DNA from: Candidatus Saccharibacteria bacterium RIFCSPHIGHO2_12_FULL_41_12
GTDB lineage: Bacteria; Patescibacteriota; Saccharimonadia; Saccharimonadales; 2-12-FULL-41-12
Direction: 5' to 3'
Assembly: GCA_001790445.1 (NCBI GenBank)
Contig: MGCQ01000007.1
Span: 66,608 to 130,607, forward strand
DNA: 64,000 nucleotides
The position numbers and the translations under genes were made by a program. Below, in pieces: positions 47,685-55,333 of this stretch; positions within the stretch are counted from its first letter, which is position 1; each line of letters starts with the position of its first letter. The notes under the pieces were generated by a model that was not told the DNA's origin, searched no databases, and worked only from the letters and a program-made list of their open reading frames with translations.

Positions 47685-48413
47685 ATGTTAGCTTTACTTT
47701 TTGCAATTATGAGTGCTATTTCTGCCGAGCTTGGTGGATTTTTAGCTATATCTAGACAAAAAAAGCTCAATTATATTTTAGGATTTACAGCTGGTGCGCT
47801 TATTGGTTTGGTGGCTTTTGATCTGTTGCCAGAGATATTCGAACTTACGAATAGTAACAACATGGATATAACTTGGCCTATGGTTGCACTTGTAACTGGT
47901 TTTTTGCTGTTCCACGTAGTCGAAAAATTTATTTTGGTTCACCAATCTCACGAAAAGGAGTATACAGTTCATACTCACCCATATGTTGGCATTGCTGGAG
48001 CATCAGCACTCATCGGGCATAGCTTACTTGATGGAATTAGTATTGGCCTAGCTTTTCAAGTAAGTGACTCTGTGGGTTTGGCAGTAGCTATTGCTGTTAT
48101 TGGACACCGTTTTGCTGATGGGTTTAACGGAGTTAATTTGATGCTTCGACACAAAAATAAAAGAAACATGACTATGAAAGTGTTAGCACTTGTCGCCGTA
48201 GCGCCAATAATCGGAGCTTTGTCTACATTATTTTACAGTTTCTCAGAAGCGTTTTTGGTGATTTACCTAGGCTTTTTTGCAGGGTTTATCTTATACATTG
48301 GTTCTAGTGATATTTTGCCACAAGCACATAGCAAAGACTCATCACGCGTAACGATAGGATTAACTATTCTTGGTGCTGTGTTCATCTTTGCCCTAACTCG
48401 CTTAACCTCATAA
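47685..48413 (+). CDS. ZIP-family zinc transporter (ZupT-like)
   Basis: Eight hydrophobic segments, with the HSLLDGISIG and IGHRFADG metal-binding helices. Confidence 0.85.
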   Translation: MLALLFAIMSAISAELGGFLAISRQKKLNYILGFTAGALIGLVAFDLLPEIFELTNSNNMDITWPMVALVTGFLLFHVVEKFILVHQSHEKEYTVHTHPYVGIAGASALIGHSLLDGISIGLAFQVSDSVGLAVAIAVIGHRFADGFNGVNLMLRHKNKRNMTMKVLALVAVAPIIGALSTLFYSFSEAFLVIYLGFFAGFILYIGSSDILPQAHSKDSSRVTIGLTILGAVFIFALTRLTS

Positions 48414-48470
48414 AAAACAAGGGCGACTATTTTAAGAAGTAACGCTGTAATCAACACATTTTCTTCATCT

Positions 48471-48502
48471 GGTGCAAGGACGGACCTTGCACCAATTTGT
48501 TT
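48471..48502 (+). terminator. rho-independent terminator after the ZIP transporter gene
   Basis: GGTGCAAGG-acgga-CCTTGCACC (9-bp perfect stem) followed by aatttgtttt. Confidence 0.7.
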
Positions 48503-48551
48503 TGGATGGATATTATATAATTTGGTGATGGTGTTGATGATTCAAGTCGAG

Positions 48552-48557
48552 TATAAT
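48552..48557 (+). promoter_or_regulatory. TATAAT -10 box 7 nt upstream of the rmuC ATG (candidate leaderless transcript)
   Basis: gagTATAATtgaattaATG, with the ATG at 48565. Confidence 0.4.
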
Positions 48558-48564
48558 TGAATTA

Positions 48565-49638
48565 ATGAATATCGCGCTTTTGGTTGTATTAATCGGCTTG
48601 GTGCTGGTGCTTATATGGTTAGTTGGATTTAAAAAAAGCCAGCCTCAAAATGATGTCGCTCAGTTATTAAAAGCTGATCTGGACAATCTCCAAAAAGGCG
48701 TGGTTGACCTCAAATCTAGTTTGCATGAGAACATCAACGAAAAGTTGAGTAAGAATCAGACTACACTTAACAATTCTATCCAGAAGCAATTCGAGCAAAG
48801 CGCCAAAATTATCGCAGAAGTTTCGACTCGTTTGACTAAACTAGATGAAACCAACCGCGAAGTCAAAGACGTCGCGACGGAGCTAAAGACTTTGCAAAAT
48901 GTTTTATCTAATCCGAAGCAACGCGGTGTTTTGGGCGAGTATTACCTCAATCAAGTGCTGGAAAATGTTTTTCCACCTGACAGATTTGCTTTGCAGTACA
49001 AGTTCAAAAACGGAGAAATCGTTGACGCAGTGATATTTCTAGAAAAAGGCAAGATTCTGCCGATTGACTCAAAGTTTAGCCTGGAAAACTATAATCGACT
49101 GATTGATGAAAAAGATAAGACAAAAAAAGATCAATTTGTAGCCGAATTTAAAAAAGATCTGAAGCTTCGGATTGATGAAACAGCCAAGTATATTCGGCCA
49201 AATGAAAATACGATGGACTTTGCCTTTATGTTCATTCCAAGCGAGGCGATTTATTACGATTTGTTAATTAACAAAGTCGGTGTCAGTGGAGCCAACGCCC
49301 GGGACCTGATGGAATATGCCTTTGTAGAGAAAAAGGTTATTATTGTCAGTCCAACTAGCTTCATGGCGTACTTACAGACGGTACTTCAGGGACTGCGCAG
49401 CTTGCAAATAGAAGAGCAAGCCAAAGATATTCAAATTAGAGTAGGACAACTGGGCAAACATATCTCTGCCTATGATCAGTTAATGGCAAAACTTGGCGGG
49501 TCACTTGGCACAACAGTCAACCACTACAATAGCGCCCACAAGGAACTCAAAAAAATAGATAAAGATGTGGTCAAAATAGCAGATACAAATCCAAGTGTGG
49601 AACCGCTGTTAATAGATAAGCCACTTCAAGATGACTAG
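48565..49638 (+). CDS. rmuC: DNA recombination protein RmuC
   Basis: N-terminal TM, coiled-coil, and an RmuC C-domain (DAVIFLEKGKILPIDSKF...FMFIPSEAIY). Confidence 0.88.
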   Translation: MNIALLVVLIGLVLVLIWLVGFKKSQPQNDVAQLLKADLDNLQKGVVDLKSSLHENINEKLSKNQTTLNNSIQKQFEQSAKIIAEVSTRLTKLDETNREVKDVATELKTLQNVLSNPKQRGVLGEYYLNQVLENVFPPDRFALQYKFKNGEIVDAVIFLEKGKILPIDSKFSLENYNRLIDEKDKTKKDQFVAEFKKDLKLRIDETAKYIRPNENTMDFAFMFIPSEAIYYDLLINKVGVSGANARDLMEYAFVEKKVIIVSPTSFMAYLQTVLQGLRSLQIEEQAKDIQIRVGQLGKHISAYDQLMAKLGGSLGTTVNHYNSAHKELKKIDKDVVKIADTNPSVEPLLIDKPLQDD

Positions 49639-50140
49639 GTGGATTTATTGCCCTCAGTGCAAGTTAGAGCTTGATCAATCTGGCAAATATCCTAAGTGCC
49701 CTAGTGGTCACTTCATAAAATATCCTAATCCAGTGGCTTCAGCTTTTGTTTTTATAAGTTTTCACAGTAAGTATCTATTTCTTAGGAGAAACTATGAACC
49801 AAAATTTGGCTCATGGAATGTTCCGGGTGGTTTTGTAGAATACGGCGAATCAGCAGAACAAGCGCTTGCTAGAGAGGTTAAAGAAGAAACACAGCTGACA
49901 ATAGACATATCAAAACTTAAATACCTAGGGTCTTTTTATCAGGAATACGGAGACAAAAATGGTACAAAAAACCTGGGGATCGCTTTTTGCTTAGAGCTTG
50001 AAACTAGACCAGAAATTGTGCTGAACCAAGAACATTCAGAATATATTTGGCGAACATTAGAAGAAAGTCCAGAAATTGAATCTACAGATATTAGTAATGC
50101 GCTAGAATTTTTAAAAAAGATCAACGACATTAATAATTAG
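49631..50140 (+). CDS. NUDIX hydrolase with N-terminal zinc-ribbon
   Basis: CPQC...CPSGH ribbon and the Nudix box GGFVEYGESAEQALAREVKEETQL. Confidence 0.85.
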   Translation: MTRWIYCPQCKLELDQSGKYPKCPSGHFIKYPNPVASAFVFISFHSKYLFLRRNYEPKFGSWNVPGGFVEYGESAEQALAREVKEETQLTIDISKLKYLGSFYQEYGDKNGTKNLGIAFCLELETRPEIVLNQEHSEYIWRTLEESPEIESTDISNALEFLKKINDINN

Positions 50141-50144
50141 CTGA

Positions 50145-50150
50145 TATAAT
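50145..50150 (+). promoter_or_regulatory. TATAAT -10 box 6 nt upstream of the ATG at 50157 (candidate leaderless transcript)
   Basis: ctgaTATAATcactttATG. Confidence 0.4.
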
Positions 50151-50156
50151 CACTTT

Positions 50157-50423
50157 ATGGAAGAACAAAAGAAAAAACCAACCATTAAAAATCCTAAAGA
50201 GGTAGCAAAAGCTCTTGAGGTACTGTTCGCCAGTGATTATATTGATGTTAAGCGGTTACACTGGGAGAACTTTGTCAGAGGCATGTTCTTTGGCGCAGGT
50301 GGCGTGATCGGCGCCACAATATTTATAGCAATAATTATCTGGTTCTTGTCTATTTTTGACTCGGTGCCAGTTATTGGCCCAATATTTGAAGATGCCAAAA
50401 CAACTATAGAAACCAAACAGTAG
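50157..50423 (+). CDS. small membrane protein
   Basis: 88 aa with a central Gly-rich TM hairpin (FFGAGGVIGATIFIAIIIWFLSIF). Confidence 0.5.
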   Translation: MEEQKKKPTIKNPKEVAKALEVLFASDYIDVKRLHWENFVRGMFFGAGGVIGATIFIAIIIWFLSIFDSVPVIGPIFEDAKTTIETKQ

Positions 50424-50472
50424 TACTTACTTAATTAAAGACAAAGACAGGTAGTCTGCACTTCGCGAAGAT

Positions 50473-51090
50473 TTACCTCAGACCGAGTTTGCTAGAACAC
50501 GCGGGCCATGGGTTCCAGCCACGTGAGGCTTGAGTCTCTCTGGCTTTTGCATCTTGAACAGCAGCAGGCGCTAAGTCAGCACGAGCGTAACCACCATAGT
50601 TATTCCAGGTACCATTGTTGTACTGGTATGCACCATAGTAGCCATTACCTGTATTGATATTGTAGTTTCCACCAGATTCACAGGCTCTTAGTTTTGCCCA
50701 AGCGTCATCGCCAGCTGGTTGCTGAGTGGCAACATTAGCAGTAGTTCTGCGAGCTGTGGTTGTTCGCTTGGTGTATGAGCTCTTCTGGTAGCTAACAGGT
50801 GCTGACGACACTACGCCGTATCCACCAGGAAGCTCTCTTGGGGCAACTGCTTCTTTGCTTGGTATTACTAAAATTTGACCAACATTTAGCTGATCTGGGT
50901 TGTCCAAGCTTGGGTTTGCGTCCCAGACTAATTTCCAGTTTGGCAAACTGTGTTTTGTCGCAACTAGCGACAATGAGTCTCCAGCTACTACGCTGTAACT
51001 CGGATTAGGCTCTGCGGCTTTTGCACCACTTGGCAGTAAAACCAAAAGTCCAAACAACCCCAAAACAAATATTAATATTCTTAATTTCAA
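50473..51090 (-). CDS. secreted LysM plus Rpf-like (transglycosylase-like) muralytic protein
   Basis: TTG start with a GAGGGAG SD. Signal peptide, LysM (YSVVAGDSLSLVATKH...GQILVIP), and a C-terminal WAKLRACESGGNYNINTGNGYYGAYQY motif of resuscitation-promoting-factor-type domains. Confidence 0.8.
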   Translation of the reverse strand: MKLRILIFVLGLFGLLVLLPSGAKAAEPNPSYSVVAGDSLSLVATKHSLPNWKLVWDANPSLDNPDQLNVGQILVIPSKEAVAPRELPGGYGVVSSAPVSYQKSSYTKRTTTARRTTANVATQQPAGDDAWAKLRACESGGNYNINTGNGYYGAYQYNNGTWNNYGGYARADLAPAAVQDAKARETQASRGWNPWPACSSKLGLR

Positions 51091-51370
51091 AACTTATCTC
51101 CCTCTTATTTACTCTTCTTACCTACATATTCCCGCCCAAAAATTCACATTATTTTTTGAGCGACGAAATGATACAGTATCAAAAGCAAACTAGGCGTGTC
51201 AACAACATTTAACAAAATTCAGTGCCTGAATATAGGCAAACTCATCAGTTAAACAAGTAAAATTTCTTACAATTTTGAAGCTGTGTATAATGGTTGTGGC
51301 TAATACATCAAATCAAGGATTTCCCAGCGCGCAGACGCTCTCTTTTTGGATGTTGATGCGATTTTATAGA

Positions 51371-51865
51371 TTATCGAAAGTTGGTAAATTCGACAGGGAA
51401 ATCAAAGTCTGTTGTTTTGATAATTTGCATGGCAGATTGCAATTCATCCTTTTTTTGGCTGGTGACACGGATTTCTTCACCTTGAATTTGAGTTTTTACT
51501 TTAGGTAGTCTGTCGCGAATTAATTTGGTAATTTTTTTAGCGTTTTCTTGATTCAAGCCCTTTTTAAAAGTAATGGTCCAGGTTGTTTTGAGGTTAGAGG
51601 TTATTGGTTCACTCGAAATATCGAGTATTTTTTGGCTTACGCCAGCGCCTGCTAATCTTTTTCGAAGAATTTCGATGATACTATCTAGATGGAACTGGCT
51701 GTCGCCAGTGATTTTGACGCCTTTTTTGTCATCAATAAACTCAAGCTTTGCAGAAGTACCTTTAAAATCATAGCGATTGCTCATGTCCCGCTGAGCCTGC
51801 TCAACCGCGTTAGTAACCTTTGCTAGGTCGTAATCGCTTACCACATCAAAACTAAAATTCGCCAT
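51371..51865 (-). CDS. yajQ: YajQ-family nucleotide-binding protein (UPF0234)
   Basis: SFDVVSDYDLAKVTNAVEQAQRDMSNRYDFKG is the canonical YajQ N-terminus. 164 aa. Confidence 0.9.
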   Translation of the reverse strand: MANFSFDVVSDYDLAKVTNAVEQAQRDMSNRYDFKGTSAKLEFIDDKKGVKITGDSQFHLDSIIEILRKRLAGAGVSQKILDISSEPITSNLKTTWTITFKKGLNQENAKKITKLIRDRLPKVKTQIQGEEIRVTSQKKDELQSAMQIIKTTDFDFPVEFTNFR

Positions 51866-51890
51866 ATAATGTATTCTAACACAAACTCAA

Positions 51891-51915
51891 CTGTACAAGA
51901 ACGTTCCTTGTACAG
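51891..51915. repeat. REP-like palindromic hairpin upstream of the RAYT gene
   Basis: CTGTACAAG-aacgttc-CTTGTACAG. Confidence 0.7.
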
Positions 51916-51927
51916 TAAAATAATGAT

Positions 51928-52581
51928 ATGCCTGGCAGAAACGTAATAAAACAATTTGAACCAGATGCTGCCTATCATATATATAACAGAGGTGTCGATA
52001 AGAAGATAATTTTTCTAGATGAGCGCGACTATGCTGTTTTTTTAAGTTTGCTCAAGTATACTATTATCCAAAAAGATGATCAATTCGATAATTCGTTAGT
52101 CTCAGAGGCCCAGCGATATAATTTTCGTCGCCTCAACTTGGCTGAGTCGGTTGATCTTCTTGCATACTGTTTAATGCCTAATCATTTTCACCTGTTAGTA
52201 TATCAGCACAGTGAAGACGGTATAACTAAAATGATGCGTTCTGTAGCCACGGCGTACAGCATGTATTTCAACAAAAGATATAAGCGCTCCGGAGCATTAT
52301 TCCAAGGTCGTTATAAAGCAAGTCGAATTCATAGTGACAGTTACTGGCAACATATAAGTAGATATATCCACCTTAATCCACTTGATGTAGGCGATAATTA
52401 CAAGTCATATCCTTATGGAAGTTTTAAAGCATATTCCGGCGAAATAAGTGTTGAATGGCTGAATACTGACATGATTCTCGGTAATTTTAGTAGTGTCAAA
52501 GAATACGTTAAATTTCACGATGACTACATCCCACGCAGAAAAGAGCTTCTTGATGTTAAAGAAATGCTAGCAAATTTTTAA
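51928..52581 (+). CDS. IS200-like Y1 (HUH) transposase, REP-associated tyrosine transposase (RAYT) type
   Basis: YHIYNRG, the HUH motif MPNHFHLL, and catalytic Tyr context SRYIHLNPL. No TnpB partner. Flanked by related hairpins. Confidence 0.85.
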   Translation: MPGRNVIKQFEPDAAYHIYNRGVDKKIIFLDERDYAVFLSLLKYTIIQKDDQFDNSLVSEAQRYNFRRLNLAESVDLLAYCLMPNHFHLLVYQHSEDGITKMMRSVATAYSMYFNKRYKRSGALFQGRYKASRIHSDSYWQHISRYIHLNPLDVGDNYKSYPYGSFKAYSGEISVEWLNTDMILGNFSSVKEYVKFHDDYIPRRKELLDVKEMLANF

Positions 52582-52592
52582 CGAAACATCAT

Positions 52593-52613
52593 GTACAAGG
52601 ACGTTCCTTGTAC
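52593..52613. repeat. REP-like palindromic hairpin downstream of the RAYT gene
   Basis: GTACAAGGA-cgt-TCCTTGTAC shares the GTACAAG...CTTGTAC core with 51891-51915. Confidence 0.7.
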
Positions 52614-52675
52614 GTGGAGATGTTGGGTGTTTACGCTTATTTATGGATCATAAATACTGTATAATATAGACCAAG

Positions 52676-53695
52676 ATGAATGATAGTAAAATTAAAGAGG
52701 TAAAAGATCTGTTGATCGTCCGTTTTGAGAAAGACAAAAATGTAAATATTTTGCGTGCAAAAGAGCTTAAAGAACTTTATGGTATTTTGCCTACTCTACC
52801 AGAAGATCAGAGAGCCGCTTTTGGTCAATCAATCAATAAGTTAAAAAATGAGTTAAAGGAATTAATCAGCAATACCCAAAACAAAGCAGAAGAAAAACCG
52901 CTAATTGACGTAACTGCACCGATTGATGTAAATGCCCAAAAACCAGAGGTTTTATCAGCAACTATTGGATCTGTTCACCCGATAATGCGAGAAATTGCCA
53001 AGATCAATGATATTTTTTCAAAAATGGGCTTCGAAATCTGGGAGAGTCGTTATATTGATGATGATTACCATATGTTCACTAGTCTGAATTTTCCAGAAGA
53101 CCACCCAGCACGCGATGATTACGACACATTTATAACAGAGGAAGGCTTGATAGCCCCAGCGCACACTAGTACTATGCAAAATAGGATATACAAAGCCAGG
53201 AAAAAGCAGCTTGAATCAGGTCAGCCGATTGCTGCTATAGTTACAGATAGAGTGTTCCGCAACGAAGATCTGGATGCTAGGCACGAGCACACTTTTTACC
53301 AGTGTGAAGGTGTCTATGTAGCAAAAAATGTCAATGTCGGTAATCTAATAGCCACATTAGAAGAGTTTTTATCCAGTTATTTTGGTAAAAAGGTAGAGAG
53401 TCGAGTTAATCCATTCTATTTCCCTTTTACCGAGCCAAGTTTTGAATTTTCACTGAGCTGCCCATTTTGCGACAAAAAGGGTTGTCATATCTGTTCACAG
53501 GCTGGTTGGATTGAGTTGCTGGGTTGCGGCATGATCCATCCGAATGTTTTGAGTGAAGGCGGAATAGACCCATTAGTTTATAGCGGATTTGCATGGGGGC
53601 TTGGCATAGAGCGGCTGATTATGATGAAGTATGGCATAGAGGAAATTCGTCATTTTCATAGTGCAAAATTAGATTTCTTGAGGCAATTCGCATGA
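52676..53695 (+). CDS. pheS: phenylalanine--tRNA ligase alpha subunit
   Basis: Class II motifs FRNEDLDARHEHTFYQCEG and GFAWGLGIERL. Confidence 0.95.
   Translation: MNDSKIKEVKDLLIVRFEKDKNVNILRAKELKELYGILPTLPEDQRAAFGQSINKLKNELKELISNTQNKAEEKPLIDVTAPIDVNAQKPEVLSATIGSVHPIMREIAKINDIFSKMGFEIWESRYIDDDYHMFTSLNFPEDHPARDDYDTFITEEGLIAPAHTSTMQNRIYKARKKQLESGQPIAAIVTDRVFRNEDLDARHEHTFYQCEGVYVAKNVNVGNLIATLEEFLSSYFGKKVESRVNPFYFPFTEPSFEFSLSCPFCDKKGCHICSQAGWIELLGCGMIHPNVLSEGGIDPLVYSGFAWGLGIERLIMMKYGIEEIRHFHSAKLDFLRQFA
53660..53695 (+). repeat. pheS 3'-end / ATGA junction sequence, copy 1 (native)
   Basis: agtgcaaaattagatttcttgaggcaattcgcATGA. The last 23 nt are identical to 54173-54195. Confidence 0.85.
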
Positions 53696-54195
53696 CAAAA
53701 AATATTCAAATTGTTGATGACGTTGACGAGCTTATAGGGCATAAGAAACGTGATGAAATTGATTACACCAAAGATACTTATCGCTCAAGTGCATTGTGGA
53801 TTATAAATTCTCGGGGCGAAGTACTGATAGCCCAAAGAAAGACAACAAGAGACAAAGATCCCGGGAAATGGGGTCCGTCCGCAGCGGGGACAGTAGAAGA
53901 AGGTGAAACCTACGACACTAACGTGTACAAAGAGGCAAAAGAGGAAATTGGGCTTAGTGGCTACACATTCAAGAAACTAAAAAAAGAAAAAATAGATAAG
54001 CCCCGATCGCAATTTGTTCAATGGTATGGGGCTGTTGTTGATGAACCAATAGAATATTTTACTGCTCAGCTAGACGAAGTAGAACAACTAAGCTGGGTCA
54101 AAGAAGAAGAGTTGCTCGATGATGTTTCAAAAAATCCAGACAAATATGTATTTCTTATGATCAGTGCACTAAATTTCTTGAGGCAATTCGCATGA
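53692..54195 (+). CDS. NUDIX hydrolase (inserted between pheS and pheT); C-terminus encoded by a copy of the pheS 3' end
   Basis: Nudix box GTVEEGETYDTNVYKEAKEEIGL. Ends SALNFLRQFA versus SAKLDFLRQFA for pheS. Confidence 0.8.
   Translation: MTKNIQIVDDVDELIGHKKRDEIDYTKDTYRSSALWIINSRGEVLIAQRKTTRDKDPGKWGPSAAGTVEEGETYDTNVYKEAKEEIGLSGYTFKKLKKEKIDKPRSQFVQWYGAVVDEPIEYFTAQLDEVEQLSWVKEEELLDDVSKNPDKYVFLMISALNFLRQFA
54163..54195 (+). repeat. pheS 3'-end / ATGA junction sequence, copy 2
   Basis: agtgcactaaatttcttgaggcaattcgcATGA. Confidence 0.85.
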
Positions 54196-54635
54196 AAAAT
54201 GCAAAGAAGATTGTGATTGCAGGTGATCATTATGCTGTTGAACTGGTTGCAAAAATAGAAGACTACCTGGCACAAAAAGAAATAGAATTTGAAAATATGG
54301 GATCGCATTCGTCTGACCAAAAGCTTGCTTTGCAAGAAATGATCCCGTCTGTAGTAAACAAAGTTTCTAGTGAGGCGGATGGTATTTTAGTGTGCGGAAC
54401 AGGCGTTGGTATTGAGATTGGCGCGAATCGATTTAAAGGTGTTAGGGCGTCACTTTGTGTTTCTCCAAGGACAGCCGAAAATGCTCGAAAATACGATAAT
54501 GCGAATGTACTGTGTCTAAGTGCGTGGGAAACAAATAATCCAGAAGACATTCTAGATGCCTGGTTTGATTCTGAGTATGATGGCAACACAAAACGTCTTG
54601 AAATGCTCGAAGAATTCGATAGGTGGGCAAAATGA
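54192..54635 (+). CDS. rpiB: ribose-5-phosphate isomerase B (RpiB/LacAB family)
   Basis: GILVCGTGVGIEIGANRFKGVRA and NVLCLSAW match RpiB. Confidence 0.85.
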   Translation: MKNAKKIVIAGDHYAVELVAKIEDYLAQKEIEFENMGSHSSDQKLALQEMIPSVVNKVSSEADGILVCGTGVGIEIGANRFKGVRASLCVSPRTAENARKYDNANVLCLSAWETNNPEDILDAWFDSEYDGNTKRLEMLEEFDRWAK

Positions 54636-54673
54636 AGTTAAGTGCAGAAATTATATTGAGGCAATTCACATGA
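54632..54673 (+). repeat. chimeric junction: pheT 5' codons (ATGAAGTTAAGT) fused to pheS 3'-end copy 3; forms a 13-codon linker ORF
   Basis: atg aag tta agt gca gaa att ata ttg agg caa ttc aca tga translates to MKLSAEIILRQFT*. Its first 12 nt are identical to the pheT start (55330-55341). Its tail is 18/19 identical to the pheS end. Confidence 0.8.
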
Positions 54674-55011
54674 AACAAGTTACAAAAATATCAGTTGACG
54701 AACTCAAAGACATGGCCAAGAGAATGTATGCGCCAATTGTCAAAGCAGTCGTCGACGTAAATAATGGATGCGTTGTTATTGACGCAGAAATGCATGTGGA
54801 CGAGGAGCAATATCAACTCGAACAAGGCTCACAACAAGTAGATTTATGGGGGATCAATCTGCATCCGCATGAATATGGTACAGACAATTTTATTGAATAC
54901 GATTCTATGATAAACATTCGCCCAAGTCAGAATAATCCATCCCGCAGCGTCCATGATGAGAAAATTCGGCAACGTGTAGATGAAATTATTGCAGGGGTTG
55001 TCTATGAATAA
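54670..55011 (+). CDS. hypothetical protein (113 aa)
   Basis: I prefer the ATG at 54670 (an ATGA overlap with the linker ORF). The track start at 54556 lies inside rpiB. Confidence 0.5.
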   Translation: MKQVTKISVDELKDMAKRMYAPIVKAVVDVNNGCVVIDAEMHVDEEQYQLEQGSQQVDLWGINLHPHEYGTDNFIEYDSMINIRPSQNNPSRSVHDEKIRQRVDEIIAGVVYE

Positions 55012-55333
55012 TTATAAAATTGACCGCAGGCGATGGGCAAAGATGGACATTCAGAACCAAATGGGCAATATTGGCTCGGAGGTTGGCAGAGCAATTATTG
55101 CAAAGCGTGAGGGCAACGAAGAACGTTTTGAAGGGGCACTACGTAGGGCATTGGACCTATTTAGTGCGACTACGGAAGTTTTGATTGAGCAAAAATCCCC
55201 CCGAGCCCGAGAAGTTTTGCGAGCAAAAGACCAATTCCTGCGACTATTTTTTGATGGAAAGTTTGAAAGCGATGCAGATAATATCGATAGGTACTTCTAC
55301 CAGTTTGCACTAGCAGCGAGGTCCAAAAAATGA
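55004..55333 (+). CDS. hypothetical protein (109 aa)
   Basis: ATG at 55004 with AGGGG 7 nt upstream. It overlaps the previous stop (ATGAATAA), and its own stop overlaps the pheT start (ATGA). Confidence 0.5.
   Translation: MNNYKIDRRRWAKMDIQNQMGNIGSEVGRAIIAKREGNEERFEGALRRALDLFSATTEVLIEQKSPRAREVLRAKDQFLRLFFDGKFESDADNIDRYFYQFALAARSKK

Noticed and set aside
51091-51300. c-di-AMP (ydaO-type) riboswitch upstream of the Rpf-like gene, as found before rpf genes in Actinobacteria.
   Set aside because: I read the minus-strand leader. It has a plausible promoter (TTGACA-17 nt-GATACT), a leader of about 85 nt and a single 10-bp hairpin. None of the conserved ydaO blocks is present, and the leader is too short.
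52582-52675. T-box leader upstream of pheS.
   Set aside because: Only 94 bp are available, occupied by the REP-like hairpin and a TATAAT box. No specifier loop or T-box sequence is present.
54556-54669. 38-codon N-terminal extension of the 54670 gene, and the 108-aa and 78-aa antisense ORFs in rpiB.
   Set aside because: The extension overlaps the rpiB coding region in another frame. The ATG at 54670 sits in the conserved ATGA junction copy.
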